64,000 nt of DNA, from the IMG/VR virus record IMGVR_UViG_3300045988_077625, positions 1 through 64,000 of that record, one strand, 5' to 3'. The notes below the pieces were generated by a model. The model did no database searches. It was not told the origin of the DNA and worked only from the letters and a program-made list of their open reading frames with translations. This DNA is from a virus. The translations under genes were made by a program, and so were the position numbers. This document shows, piece by piece, positions 8,283 to 19,225 of this stretch; within the stretch, counting starts at the first letter, position 1, and each line of letters opens with the position of its first letter.

Positions 8283-9755
8283 TTGAACGACAATTTTAAT
8301 ATTTTAAAAACTATGCAAACTGTTGCTAAAACAACACAAAGCAAACTTGATTATGATAAAACATATAGAGGATATGTTATATCTCAAAACAGTAACGGAA
8401 AATATAAAATAAAAATCAATGGGCATATATATGAAAATGTAGACAATCCTAGTGGGTATACAATATCAAGCGGCGATGTTGTAAGGGTAACGTTTCCACA
8501 AAATAATGCGTCTCAATGTTACATTTGCTTAGGGTCAACAAAAGAGGGCGTTGTATCAAATGTAAAAAGTGTAAACGGTAAAACAGGAGATGTTCAATTA
8601 ACTCAAGATGATGTTCCAAACGGAAACACTTATGTTAGGACACATAATGATTTTACAACGGAAGATAAGAACGCAATATCAAAAAACGCTCAAGACATTA
8701 CAGCTTTGCAACAATCCAAGCAAGACAATATAACTGGTGGCGCATCCAGTATAACAAGTGTTAACCTAGGTGCAAATAAAGCACTTGTGTCTAATGCGTC
8801 TGGTAAAGTTGCTGTAAGCAATGTAACTAGCACGGAATTGGGGTATTTATCTGGCGTTACAAGTAACATTCAAGAGCAGATAGACGCAAAAGTGCCAACG
8901 TCTGTATTACCAAGTGACGATTTACCAAAAGCCGATAGCGGAAGTGGCAATGCTGGGAAATCTGAAAAATATTCCAGAGGAGACCATGTACATCCAACAG
9001 ACAATTCTAAATTAGATAAAAATGGTGGAGAGGCAAGCAATTTACTAATTATTAATAGTTACACTATGGTTGACCAAAACGGTAATAAGGTTGATGTTAG
9101 CCAAATAGACGGCACAATCAAATTTGCTTCAAGCGGTAGCGATCCTAATGTTGTATTGAAATATGTCGGAGATCCAGTAGATGAATATGACGCGGTTAAT
9201 TTAAAAACGTTGGGAACAATAGCCGATGAAATCAATACTACTGCACAAAACGCTTTAGCTGCGGCACAAGATGCACAATCAAATGCAAGTTCAGCATTAA
9301 CGGAAGCGCAAAGCAAAGCCCCGACGAATCATGCCAGTACGATAACGACCTACGGCAAGGGCACATTGACGAACTACGGGCACGTCAAGCTATCGGACTC
9401 CATCCTCAGTACCTCCAGCACTGATGGCGGCACTGCCGCGACACCCTATGCCGTAAAGCTGGCATACGACCTAGCAAACAGAGCCGAAACGACGCTCCTG
9501 GGAGGCAAAAAAATCGTCTGCGGCTGGGATGATGTAGGATATAAAAGCACGGGCCAGACAAACACCACTATTTCCTTTGGTACGACATTTACGGCAAAGC
9601 CTACGGTGATAATCGGACAGCCGTTCAATGGCGTCGTCTGCACGGCTTTTTATGATTCGGTCACTACAACTGGTTTTACGGTTAATGTTCCTTCGGTTGG
9701 CGGCACAACACTATCGTATCGTAAAATGGCTTGGATCGCCATTGGGGATGTATAA
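8283..9755 (+). CDS. tail fibre-like protein
   Basis: Carries the module GGASSITSVNLGANKALVSNASGKVAVSNVTSTELGYLSGVTSNIQEQI, shared with ORF 18102. Also has YSRGDHVHP and TAATPYAVKLAYD, motifs typical of phage fibres. Confidence 0.6.
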   Translation: MNDNFNILKTMQTVAKTTQSKLDYDKTYRGYVISQNSNGKYKIKINGHIYENVDNPSGYTISSGDVVRVTFPQNNASQCYICLGSTKEGVVSNVKSVNGKTGDVQLTQDDVPNGNTYVRTHNDFTTEDKNAISKNAQDITALQQSKQDNITGGASSITSVNLGANKALVSNASGKVAVSNVTSTELGYLSGVTSNIQEQIDAKVPTSVLPSDDLPKADSGSGNAGKSEKYSRGDHVHPTDNSKLDKNGGEASNLLIINSYTMVDQNGNKVDVSQIDGTIKFASSGSDPNVVLKYVGDPVDEYDAVNLKTLGTIADEINTTAQNALAAAQDAQSNASSALTEAQSKAPTNHASTITTYGKGTLTNYGHVKLSDSILSTSSTDGGTAATPYAVKLAYDLANRAETTLLGGKKIVCGWDDVGYKSTGQTNTTISFGTTFTAKPTVIIGQPFNGVVCTAFYDSVTTTGFTVNVPSVGGTTLSYRKMAWIAIGDV

Positions 9756-9775
9756 ATATAGGGGGGGGTGAAACA

Positions 9776-10201
9776 GTGACGATTCAAGGAATTGTTTTAG
9801 GCAGCTCTGGATTATTGATTGTTATATTGTCATTGATTGAGGTATCTAAAATTAAAATAAATCCATGGTCGGCATTGGCAAAAGGAATTGGAAGGGCTAT
9901 AAACGCTGAGATTATTACAAAGCTAGAAAGCCTACAAAATCAATTAGACTCGCAGATAGAACGGTACGAAATGCGTAATGCAAATGAATGTAGAACACGT
10001 ATATTGCACTTTGATAATGAGATATTACGAGACATACCGCACACAAAAGAAGAATTTATTGAAGTATTGACAGAGATAGATGGGTATGAAGCGTATTGTA
10101 GGGAACATCCACAATATAAGAACAATCGAGCTGTTCATGCTATTGCAAATATCAATGACGTATATAACGAAAGATTAAAAAAGCATGATTTTCTAGTATA
10201 A
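9776..10201 (+). CDS. membrane-anchored hypothetical protein
   Basis: GTG 9776 follows a G-rich RBS. One N-terminal TM helix (IVLGSSGLLIVILSLI). Confidence 0.4.
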   Translation: MTIQGIVLGSSGLLIVILSLIEVSKIKINPWSALAKGIGRAINAEIITKLESLQNQLDSQIERYEMRNANECRTRILHFDNEILRDIPHTKEEFIEVLTEIDGYEAYCREHPQYKNNRAVHAIANINDVYNERLKKHDFLV

Positions 10202-10211
10202 AATAAAGGAG

Positions 10212-11345
10212 ATGATGCAATTGGCACTCGTAACACCTAGCCTACAACCCATTGCGTCCTTTGATGTTACTGAATCTAAGGACATTACATTTATATCCTC
10301 TGGCGGCGACAAGCCCGTTAAGGCGATATTAAACATAAACGTACAAAATAAAACATATCAAAAATCATATATTTCTAGCGTATCATCTTCAACGTCTGAA
10401 TATATCATTACGTTGCCAGCAAATTTTTTAACAGGTGATAATTTTGGTAACGATGTGACATATGAAGTGACCGTTTCGACATATAATTATCAAGGGCAAA
10501 TTTCAGAAAAATCAAATATTCAAATTGTTACAGCTTATACAAATCCAGAGATCGTAATAGTTAGCCCAGAAACTACACATGAAAGTGCGACGCTGACTTG
10601 TTCGTTTACATATTCACAAAAAGAAAATGAAAGCATCAATAAATATAGTTTCCGGCTATTAAATTCTATAGGCACACAGTTAGACTATTCTAATGACATC
10701 CTGTATTCTCAAGATAAGTCTTTGTCATATCAATTTAAAACAGAATTAGAGAACGATGAGACATATGTTGTCGAAATCAATATTGTTACAGTTGGCAATA
10801 CAAATATCATAAAAACAAAAACATTTGTAGCACAATATATTCAAGCATCAGATTATTTCCCCCTTATAATTGATAACAGTGCGACTTGTGAAAACAGCGC
10901 TGTCGTTGTAAAATCTGAATTGGTTTTATTTGAAGGTGAATCTTATCCTTCGCCTCCAACATATATAGACAATGATTATGTTTCTTTGGTAGAGCCTGGT
11001 AGTTATGTAATATTTGATAAAGGATTTGAGATAAACGGCGATTTTGCATTGATAATAAAATTTAATTCACCAGTCCTTTATCCAGTAAATAAGTACGGCG
11101 ATGCAGAAAAATCTATTATTGAAATGACTAAGAAAAATGAAGATAGTTATATCATAATAAATGTAGAAGAAGGAATCTCAGATACAAACAAAGTGCGTGC
11201 TGAGGTTTGTATAAAAGACGGCCCGTTCTATTATAGAGTATTAAGCGATTATATAAATAAAGCTGATGCTACCAAAGACTATAGAATAGTACTTAGAAAA
11301 ATAGATAATTTATGCGATATATCTTTTGAGGTGGTGGATAAATGA
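10212..11345 (+). CDS. tail/baseplate structural protein (hypothetical)
   Basis: 377-aa ORF in the tail operon. No family recognised. Confidence 0.45.
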   Translation: MMQLALVTPSLQPIASFDVTESKDITFISSGGDKPVKAILNINVQNKTYQKSYISSVSSSTSEYIITLPANFLTGDNFGNDVTYEVTVSTYNYQGQISEKSNIQIVTAYTNPEIVIVSPETTHESATLTCSFTYSQKENESINKYSFRLLNSIGTQLDYSNDILYSQDKSLSYQFKTELENDETYVVEINIVTVGNTNIIKTKTFVAQYIQASDYFPLIIDNSATCENSAVVVKSELVLFEGESYPSPPTYIDNDYVSLVEPGSYVIFDKGFEINGDFALIIKFNSPVLYPVNKYGDAEKSIIEMTKKNEDSYIIINVEEGISDTNKVRAEVCIKDGPFYYRVLSDYINKADATKDYRIVLRKIDNLCDISFEVVDK

Positions 11346-12253
11346 TAGCCTTATGTGGATATGATTTATATTTGAGTATAAATGCGTTAAATCCAAATCC
11401 TACAGTTAAGAAAACGATTGATTCTGTAAAATTAAGGAACGCTATATTTGATTATATATATGGGACATATTCAACAAATATAGATGCAAATAAACCGTTA
11501 AAATGGGATTTTTCAACCATAATGTTTGCACAATTTATGAATACACTAAACGCTGGCAATTTAACTGAATCTCTTAGCAATATATCTGCTATCAAGGTTG
11601 TGCGGTTAGATATTGATACCGGAGATAAAATGATAGTATACGAAAAGGAAATAAACAGTCCAACAATAGAAGAATTTGATTTTATCTTTAAAGATTTTGC
11701 AGGCAAAAATGGTGGTAGATACGTATACAGCGTGATACCAATTTTAAAATCTGGTGTATCATCGTCATCTGTGCAAACCAATCCGGTAACAGTACGATTT
11801 AAGAACGTGTTTTTGTCTGATAATACATATTCTTATGAGATGGTGGCAGATATAAAATATGGCAACGGAACTCAAAAAATAAATGTAGGGACGTTTGAGC
11901 CTATTGGTAGAAAATATCCAGTATATATTTCAAATGCTGATACAAATTATCAGACTGGTTCTGTAAGCTCAAAAGTTATTGGCAACTATTTTGACCTTAA
12001 AGAATTTAATAAGCAAGATATAACAAAGCAAAAAGATGAGATATTAAAATTCTTAACGAATAGAAAGCCAAAAATTTTAAAAGATACGAATGGAAATATG
12101 TGGCTAATAGCAATTACTGGCGCACCTTCCATAGAATATGATAATAACTACAATGCTGGTATTATGAACATATCTTTCAATTTTATGGAAATTGGCGATG
12201 CGACAAACGAAAAGGATATGATGGACTGCGGCATTGTTCCATTTACATTGTAA
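11342..12253 (+). CDS. tail/baseplate structural protein (hypothetical)
   Basis: 303-aa ORF. Its start overlaps the upstream stop by 4 nt. Confidence 0.45.
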   Translation: MIALCGYDLYLSINALNPNPTVKKTIDSVKLRNAIFDYIYGTYSTNIDANKPLKWDFSTIMFAQFMNTLNAGNLTESLSNISAIKVVRLDIDTGDKMIVYEKEINSPTIEEFDFIFKDFAGKNGGRYVYSVIPILKSGVSSSSVQTNPVTVRFKNVFLSDNTYSYEMVADIKYGNGTQKINVGTFEPIGRKYPVYISNADTNYQTGSVSSKVIGNYFDLKEFNKQDITKQKDEILKFLTNRKPKILKDTNGNMWLIAITGAPSIEYDNNYNAGIMNISFNFMEIGDATNEKDMMDCGIVPFTL

Positions 12254-12285
12254 GCGATAAAACAAAAGGAGGTGGGTAATCAGAT

Positions 12286-13761
12286 ATGAATAGAGATGTT
12301 TATCTGCAATCCGTTATAAATCAATACATAAAAATTGATATGTTGGAGCTAGATGCTAAAACTGGTCAATTTATTACGACAGAAGAAATAACAGGGAATG
12401 TGCTATCTGGTAGTATATCTATCAATGCAACGTCTGATATTCGTAGAACGTGCGATATATCTTTAATTGTAACCGATGCGTCGTTCGATATAAGTCCCGG
12501 CAGCAAAATATACTTGGATAAATATATTAAGGTTCAATGTGGAATTGACAATTTTAAAACCGGTGAAACGGTATGGGAGAATTACGGCATATACATGATA
12601 AATTCTCCAAAATGGGATTACAATGCAACTACGAATACTATCTCTTTTCAAGGGGTGGATTTGATGGCTGCTTTAACTGGTTTGAGAAATGGATATTTGC
12701 CAGGACTTCCGGTCACAATCCCTCAAGGTAGCTCTGTAAAAGAGGTTATGACTGCGATATTAAATGATTTTACGGGATTCAAAAGAAGCGTGATATCAGA
12801 ATGTGTGAACGTCGACGGATCAATTCAGGAAGTGCCCTATGATATAGAGATAGAGCAAGGAAGTACGGTATATAATATTTTGGATAAGCTAAGAAACATT
12901 TTGCCAAATTACGAAATATTTTTTGACACCGACGGCGTATTTAGGTATCAAAAAATACCAACAGGCTCTAACGAACAGATTGTTTTAGCTGACGATTTGT
13001 TGAAGCACAATTTAATATCTGAGACGATAACTACTGATTTTTCTGATATTAAAAATGTTATTGTTGTATATGGTGCAACAAAGGACGTGCAACATTTTTC
13101 CACAGAAACGACATTTACAAAGTTAAGCGGCAGTAATTATTTTACAGTAAAATTTCCATCTATAACGGAAATGCAAGACAACACATTATATGGATTCGAC
13201 TTTAATAACACAGTTGCGGGATGGTGCTATTTTGCAATTCTAGGTAAGGACGATGTAAAAATAGGCGATTATGTATTAGTTGATGAGAACTATCAGCAAA
13301 CTATGCTAAGCGACAAGCCATATACTGAGGTTGGCGAAGCGCACCCATATGTATTCAAATATGAATCGTCCCATCCAGACTGTGTAATTAGCCTTGGAAA
13401 TTTACAATCATATGCCATATCAGAAGATAAAAACGACAAAAGTCCATTTTATGTATATGGTCCAGTTGGAAAAATAACGCAAGTTTTATGCGGAGGGGAA
13501 TACGACAATATCATGTCTGATAATCTAGCGCAACAACGAGCCGATTATGAGTTATGGAAACATACTAGATTGAATGATTCTGTGCAATTTACTTGTATCC
13601 CATTACACTTCTTGGACGTTAATCAAGTTATAGAGCATAAACCGCTTGGCAAGGACGAAGTAAAAAAATATATTGTAAAATCTATAAATGTTGACTTGTC
13701 AGAATCAGGACAACAAACAATAAATGCTATAACGTATTATCCATTATATCCAAATATTTAA
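12286..13761 (+). CDS. tail tip/baseplate protein (hypothetical)
   Basis: 491-aa ORF with a GGAGG RBS in the tail operon. Confidence 0.45.
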   Translation: MNRDVYLQSVINQYIKIDMLELDAKTGQFITTEEITGNVLSGSISINATSDIRRTCDISLIVTDASFDISPGSKIYLDKYIKVQCGIDNFKTGETVWENYGIYMINSPKWDYNATTNTISFQGVDLMAALTGLRNGYLPGLPVTIPQGSSVKEVMTAILNDFTGFKRSVISECVNVDGSIQEVPYDIEIEQGSTVYNILDKLRNILPNYEIFFDTDGVFRYQKIPTGSNEQIVLADDLLKHNLISETITTDFSDIKNVIVVYGATKDVQHFSTETTFTKLSGSNYFTVKFPSITEMQDNTLYGFDFNNTVAGWCYFAILGKDDVKIGDYVLVDENYQQTMLSDKPYTEVGEAHPYVFKYESSHPDCVISLGNLQSYAISEDKNDKSPFYVYGPVGKITQVLCGGEYDNIMSDNLAQQRADYELWKHTRLNDSVQFTCIPLHFLDVNQVIEHKPLGKDEVKKYIVKSINVDLSESGQQTINAITYYPLYPNI

Positions 13762-13777
13762 ATAGAGGTGATAAAAA

Positions 13778-14095
13778 TTGGCTACAACATTCCCAGATCA
13801 AATACAAGAGTTTGATGAAAAAATGAACATAGACCCAACCACAGATACTGTATATCTAAAAGCATATCAAGATGCTGTTTTGGCTCAAGATATCGTTGCG
13901 ATGCGGGACGCCCTATCACAAATTCCAATGATAGAGAAAAAGTTGATCACATCTGAAGATTTTAACGTATTGACTGACACTTGCTATGCATTGCAACGAT
14001 TTTTTCTTGCAAAATATAGTCCAGCATATATCGTAAGTGAAACTCAACCCATCACTCAGGCGAAGGGCGATTTTTGGATTAAGATAAATAAGTAA
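13778..14095 (+). CDS. hypothetical structural-module protein
   Basis: 105-aa ORF with an RBS (GAGGTG). Confidence 0.4.
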   Translation: MATTFPDQIQEFDEKMNIDPTTDTVYLKAYQDAVLAQDIVAMRDALSQIPMIEKKLITSEDFNVLTDTCYALQRFFLAKYSPAYIVSETQPITQAKGDFWIKINK

Positions 14096-14108
14096 GGCGG
14101 TGTGAACA

Positions 14109-14408
14109 ATGAGTTTTACTTATTTTAAAAGAGAGGACATTCACTATTCGCAAAAAATATTCTGGAAAGATTTTTACGATTTTTGTTTTAACGGAAATTA
14201 TCAAGCCGCATTAAACTATTATCTTACAAACGCAGAAACAATAGCTAATGCAACATATAATGAAACAGTATATAATATGTCAGCAAGTAATTTAACATAT
14301 CTACAAAATTTAAAGGACGACACTTTCAAGAGTGATAAAATAAAGGTATCAAAAACTCCGCCAGAACAAATGACGAAGGGGCAGATTTATTTTAAAGAGG
14401 AGGAATAA
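14109..14408 (+). CDS. hypothetical structural-module protein
   Basis: 99-aa ORF, tightly packed with its neighbours. Confidence 0.4.
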   Translation: MSFTYFKREDIHYSQKIFWKDFYDFCFNGNYQAALNYYLTNAETIANATYNETVYNMSASNLTYLQNLKDDTFKSDKIKVSKTPPEQMTKGQIYFKEEE

Positions 14409-14411
14409 TAA

Positions 14412-15080
14412 TTGGGAACCAGTAAAAATGTAACGTGGCAAGAATATAACGGGACGGATTATGACGTTCTACTACCACAACCATCCATTGCTACCGCTGA
14501 TAGAATTGGCGGTATTATTGCAGACCCGGCTGAAGTGCAAATCCAATACCAATCTCAATATGAATGCAAAATTAGTCCGTATACACACAAGTTGCTAATG
14601 CCAACTACGCTTGCGCCAACAATTTTAAATGATGCCGTACCTATCAATAAGGGCGGCACAGGAGCGGACAATGCAGAGCAAGCACTAATAAATTTGGGCG
14701 TTAAAGATTATGTAATTGGATTAGACGTGCTTGACAATCGTGAAGTTGTTACATACAAAAGCGGACGTAAGGTGTTGACTGAAAGACGTTTCAATTCAAG
14801 TAGTATCAATATACAAACACCAACCGATGATGGAAAATGGTATAAATCAATTATCAATACATTTACTCCTTCTGCTTCATCAATTGGCAATATGAACACA
14901 TGGAAGTATTGGAATTTACAAGTTGTTCCAGTTGGTTCTGAGGACGTTCTGCCAATGTTTGTCAATATTCAAACTGGTTATGACCCAACGTCCAATTCAA
15001 TCCCATGGAGATTGTTTTCAACTAGTAGTTTGATCTTTAATGCGAATCAGTTGCTATTTCTTTTGACGGTTATAGTATAA
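14412..15080 (+). CDS. tail fibre/receptor-binding-like protein
   Basis: Contains PINKGGTGADNAEQALINLGV, the GGTGA..A...NLG motif common in phage fibre proteins. Confidence 0.5.
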   Translation: MGTSKNVTWQEYNGTDYDVLLPQPSIATADRIGGIIADPAEVQIQYQSQYECKISPYTHKLLMPTTLAPTILNDAVPINKGGTGADNAEQALINLGVKDYVIGLDVLDNREVVTYKSGRKVLTERRFNSSSINIQTPTDDGKWYKSIINTFTPSASSIGNMNTWKYWNLQVVPVGSEDVLPMFVNIQTGYDPTSNSIPWRLFSTSSLIFNANQLLFLLTVIV

Positions 15081-15099
15081 TTGGGGGTGGGTAATTACA

Positions 15100-15747
15100 A
15101 TGCAAAAAACATACAACTTTGAATTTTACAACAACAAGCCATCTGGCGGTAATTTTAACCTATATGGTGATATTACACGATCAAACAATGTATTTACATA
15201 TGGAACGGATGAATGGATGAGCAAGGCATTTACGATGACAGGTGGGACTAGTTATAGCAAACTGCTATTAATCAATCTAGATGATTTTATGAAGATGAAA
15301 AGCCTACAGGTTGGAGAAACGATGTATGATATTAGATTTACTCCAATTTCATATTTGCAATATATGCAACTGATGGACGTTAACCTCAAAGTTATGGAAA
15401 TGCCAGTAGCATCAGAAACTGAAATGGTAAATTTGCTTAAGAAATACGCGCCGGTTTATGCTGGTGGTACAGCGATGGGTAGGGAAGATATCCTCAATCT
15501 ATATACAAAACCGTATGGATTTAAGTGTGTTGAAAAATCTTCATTATCAGATGGGTGTAATAATAAAATTACAATGCTTATTGGGAAAAATTTATTTGGA
15601 AGCGCCACAGACATTGGAAATGATGCGGTTAAGAAAACTGGCATGTGTGGTTTAAATCTCAATATTACAAATTTTTCTACTGATTATACATTTTATGAAT
15701 ACGGAGAAGATGTAACTTATAGAAATAGTTACACAAGAACAGAGTAA
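15100..15747 (+). CDS. hypothetical structural-module protein
   Basis: 215-aa ORF with a GGGGGTGGG RBS. Confidence 0.4.
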   Translation: MQKTYNFEFYNNKPSGGNFNLYGDITRSNNVFTYGTDEWMSKAFTMTGGTSYSKLLLINLDDFMKMKSLQVGETMYDIRFTPISYLQYMQLMDVNLKVMEMPVASETEMVNLLKKYAPVYAGGTAMGREDILNLYTKPYGFKCVEKSSLSDGCNNKITMLIGKNLFGSATDIGNDAVKKTGMCGLNLNITNFSTDYTFYEYGEDVTYRNSYTRTE

Positions 15748-15762
15748 AAGAAAGGATATAAC

Positions 15763-15864
15763 ATGATAACATTATATCGCCCAGCAGGAAACGATAATCC
15801 AAGAGCGTCCGAATTTACAGGGCGCTCTATTGATACTAAACCAAGTAATGATGATTATAATTAA
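15763..15864 (+). CDS. small hypothetical ORF (33 aa)
   Basis: ATG follows AAAGG. It fills the gap between ORFs and is below the track cutoff. Confidence 0.2.
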   Translation: MITLYRPAGNDNPRASEFTGRSIDTKPSNDDYN

Positions 15865-15878
15865 ATAAATAAAAGGAG

Positions 15879-16589
15879 TTGGTAGAGGTGAATATAACAT
15901 TAACTGGTACTAAAGTATCCCTTGATACACATACGCTTGCATTTGCTAAGAATAACCTTGTTAATGAAATTATATGCACTGTAGACACCGATGAGTCATG
16001 GACTTATAGAATTGATGTCCTATACTCACAAACAGATTGCTCCGGAAATCCGTTGTATAATATTATCAATTTGAATAGAACTGGCAATGTATGCTCTGCA
16101 TTACTTACCATTGCTATGCTACCATTTAGCGGCAAGTATACCATGCAGTTGCGCGGTATAAAAGACCAACAGATATATCATAGCGATATTTTTGAGGTGT
16201 GGGTCAAATATAGCATTGACCCTAGCAATGTATATGACCCAGTTCCTAGTGAATTTTATCAAATTGAAGATAATATTATTGAGATAAACAACCATCCTCC
16301 TTATCCTGATATTAGCGGATTCTGGATGATATGGAATCCAACTACGCACAAATATGAGCTTAGTGCAATTCCGGTTCCTACTGAAGCGGGCGGAGACAAG
16401 ACATATATTCACAAGCAGGTCATTGCCTCTAATACATGGGAAATTACGCACAATCTATATAAATATCCATCTGTGTCTGTTGTAGATACAGGCGGCAATG
16501 TTGTGATTGGTGATGTGGAATATACCAGTTTGAATACATTAGTAATAAAATTTACCGCTCCATTCAGCGGAACGGCATATCTTAACTAA
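15879..16589 (+). CDS. hypothetical structural-module protein
   Basis: 236-aa ORF with an AAAGGAG RBS. Confidence 0.4.
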   Translation: MVEVNITLTGTKVSLDTHTLAFAKNNLVNEIICTVDTDESWTYRIDVLYSQTDCSGNPLYNIINLNRTGNVCSALLTIAMLPFSGKYTMQLRGIKDQQIYHSDIFEVWVKYSIDPSNVYDPVPSEFYQIEDNIIEINNHPPYPDISGFWMIWNPTTHKYELSAIPVPTEAGGDKTYIHKQVIASNTWEITHNLYKYPSVSVVDTGGNVVIGDVEYTSLNTLVIKFTAPFSGTAYLN

Positions 16590-16613
16590 TATGAGTAAGG
16601 AGGACGATATTTT

Positions 16614-18086
16614 ATGCGGTTTTTAACTAATCTAAATCTTTTGTCCAACGAGCTACAAAATGCAGTTATTCAAGTATTGGCAACTGACCCTACCGATGGC
16701 AAGATTGGACAAATTTATTATAATAGTGCAGACAAGGCACTAATGCAATATGATGGCACACAATGGAAAAAAGTAGGCGTTGTATATCAGCAAGGCTCTA
16801 CTACGGGTGCTGTTATTACAGGGCTTGATGATACTGGCAATGTGACCACTACTAATGTCACAGGGCTTACTCTGACTGGCTACACACCTGTTGAAGGTGG
16901 CTATGTCACGGCTGGCATGAGCCTACAAGAAGCCATGCAAGCCATGGACACGGCCATTAAAAATGCTGTAGCTGGTGGTGGTGAGGTCAACCAGAATGCA
17001 TGGTCTAATATCAGTGTTAAGAAGCAAAGCACGGCGACTACAGCTGTGACAGGTGCGGCGGCTGATACTACAATTGCGGCTACAACTAAGACAGATACAT
17101 TTTCTGTAGCATCTGGTAATAAGTGGGTTGATGTCGGCTCAAATGGTAAGCAAATCAACATTGGGCATAGCCTAAGCGGTGCGACGGCTGGCACATATGG
17201 TGACGGCACTCATGTTGCTAAGGTCGCTGTAGATGCAGCCGGTCACGTCACTAGTGCTGAACAGGTAGCTATCGATTTTCCAGAAGTCACAGTACCAGTA
17301 TATGATATTGTGAAAGATGCCGATAGTGGCGATTATGCGGCTATCTATCATCTAACAAAAGATGGCGTTAATACTGGTGCGGCAATCAATATTCCAAAAG
17401 ACCTGTTCGTAAAAGAAGGTAAGGTTGTTGATAATCCGACTGGTCAACCAGCAGGTAAATATATTGAGCTAACACTACAGAATCAAGTAGAGCCTATCTA
17501 TATCAATGTGGCTGATCTAGTTGATGCTTATACACCTGGTAATGGTATTACTATCAGCGCGACCAATGAAGTATCGGCAAAGGTCGTTGCAGCTAACGGT
17601 CTATCTGTTGGCACATCTGGTATTGCTATGGGTCTTGCATCTGGCACGGCAAACGGTGCAATGTCCAATACTCAATTTACAAAGCTATCAGGTATTGATG
17701 AAGGCGCAACCAAGAATACCATTACACTCAATGGCACAGCAACCAAGACTCCCAGCTTTTATGCGCCTACTACGGCTGGCACTGAGGGGCAACAGCTAGT
17801 ATCTAGCGGAGATGGCGCACCTGTATGGCAAGATGCTCCTACTATTCTCAAGAAATATACTGCAACCAATGGCGCTATTACGGCGGCTGGCGGAGCATTT
17901 ACTTGGACTATTACTGCGGCAACTCATGGCGTTACAACTCTTGCTACAGTTCAACTATTTGAGGTGGCTAGCGACGAGCAAGTAATTGCCAATGTGGCAA
18001 TTGCAGAGAATGGCAATGTGACAATCACAATTAACGGAACTGGTTCTCTTGCGGCTGGTACATATAGAGCAGTAATTATCGGGTAA
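16614..18086 (+). CDS. tail fibre protein
   Basis: Fibre-type N-terminus (LLSNELQNAVIQVLATDPTDGKIGQIYYN..YDGTQWKKVG). Body is Gly/Ala/Thr-rich. Confidence 0.55.
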   Translation: MRFLTNLNLLSNELQNAVIQVLATDPTDGKIGQIYYNSADKALMQYDGTQWKKVGVVYQQGSTTGAVITGLDDTGNVTTTNVTGLTLTGYTPVEGGYVTAGMSLQEAMQAMDTAIKNAVAGGGEVNQNAWSNISVKKQSTATTAVTGAAADTTIAATTKTDTFSVASGNKWVDVGSNGKQINIGHSLSGATAGTYGDGTHVAKVAVDAAGHVTSAEQVAIDFPEVTVPVYDIVKDADSGDYAAIYHLTKDGVNTGAAINIPKDLFVKEGKVVDNPTGQPAGKYIELTLQNQVEPIYINVADLVDAYTPGNGITISATNEVSAKVVAANGLSVGTSGIAMGLASGTANGAMSNTQFTKLSGIDEGATKNTITLNGTATKTPSFYAPTTAGTEGQQLVSSGDGAPVWQDAPTILKKYTATNGAITAAGGAFTWTITAATHGVTTLATVQLFEVASDEQVIANVAIAENGNVTITINGTGSLAAGTYRAVIIG

Positions 18087-18101
18087 TGGAGGTGCTAACC
18101 A

Positions 18102-18755
18102 ATGAAATATGTTGGCACTTATAGCGACCCTAAAGATATTGTCACTAAGGAAAAATTAGAGGCTGTAGCATCTAGGGTATCAACCAACGAAGATAATATT
18201 GCTATGGCTGAAAGTGACATTGAGGGACTACAGACCTCTGTAGGTACGTTACAGACAAATGTGAATAATGTGCAGACTGCTCTAACTAGCAAACAGGATA
18301 CAGTGGTTGGTGGCGCGTCTACAATCACAGAAGATAATTTAACCGCAAGCCGCGCATTAGTATCTGACTCATCTGGCAAGGTAGCTGTATCTACTGTAAC
18401 CTCAACTGAGCTTGGTTATCTTGATGGTGTTACTAGCAATGTACAGGCACAATTAAATGGCAAGCAACCTACTATCACTGTCAATGGCATTATTCAAGGT
18501 GATGGAGCTGGTAACCTATCCGCCGCTGAGTTGAACTCCGCCTCTGTTGGACTGGGCAATGTTGATAATGTTAAGCAATATAGCGTATCTAATCCACCAC
18601 CTTATCCAGTGACTAGTGTGAATGGGCACACAGGCGCAGTTACTGTTCACGAAGTGCCAGCTGTTACCACCGCTGATAATGGAAAATTCCTTCGAGTAGT
18701 AGATGGCGCATGGGCGGCTGTAGATATCGCAAATGCAAATGGAGGTAGTTTTTGA
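18102..18755 (+). CDS. tail fibre-like protein
   Basis: Shares the GGAS.IT..NL.A..ALVS..SGKVAVS.VTSTELGYL.GVTSN.Q.Q module with ORF 8283. Confidence 0.55.
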   Translation: MKYVGTYSDPKDIVTKEKLEAVASRVSTNEDNIAMAESDIEGLQTSVGTLQTNVNNVQTALTSKQDTVVGGASTITEDNLTASRALVSDSSGKVAVSTVTSTELGYLDGVTSNVQAQLNGKQPTITVNGIIQGDGAGNLSAAELNSASVGLGNVDNVKQYSVSNPPPYPVTSVNGHTGAVTVHEVPAVTTADNGKFLRVVDGAWAAVDIANANGGSF

Positions 18756-18922
18756 TGACTGAATATTTGACAAATACAACTGACTTGACAAAAGTTGCAT
18801 CAGCTATCCGGGAGAAAGGTGGCACATCTGACCCACTAGTCTATCCGGACGAATTTGTGACAGCCATTCAGGCCATTTCATCTGGTGGAAGCGTACAGTG
18901 GTATGCATCAATAGATTATTAA
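18755..18922 (+). CDS. small hypothetical protein (55 aa)
   Basis: ATG overlaps the upstream stop (TGATG). Product MTEYLTNTTDLTKVASAIREKGGTSDPLVYPDEF.. is below the track cutoff. Confidence 0.35.
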   Translation: MTEYLTNTTDLTKVASAIREKGGTSDPLVYPDEFVTAIQAISSGGSVQWYASIDY

Positions 18923-18937
18923 GGGGAGGGTTGCATA

Positions 18938-19216
18938 ATGCCTATAATGCGCGGACCATCTGGCGCAACTACAGAATTTATGATTCCTTGTTTTGGCGAA
19001 GGGATATTTGTGGTTGTAAACACAAAATTAAACTGCGGGGGCGTCGCATATTGGGATGGAACTAGTATGCAGAAGTTAACAATTGGCGACGGGTATATAC
19101 AGAACATAACAGTTCAGGATGGTATAGCTACAGTTATTGTAGTAGATAGTGTTGGAGCTTATGGTGAATCCTACCGTATTTGTTTTATTCCAGGAAACCC
19201 ACTTGCAAGCAGTTAA
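18938..19216 (+). CDS. hypothetical protein
   Basis: 92-aa ORF after a GGGGAGGG RBS. Confidence 0.4.
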   Translation: MPIMRGPSGATTEFMIPCFGEGIFVVVNTKLNCGGVAYWDGTSMQKLTIGDGYIQNITVQDGIATVIVVDSVGAYGESYRICFIPGNPLASS

Positions 19217-19225
19217 ATAAAACAA

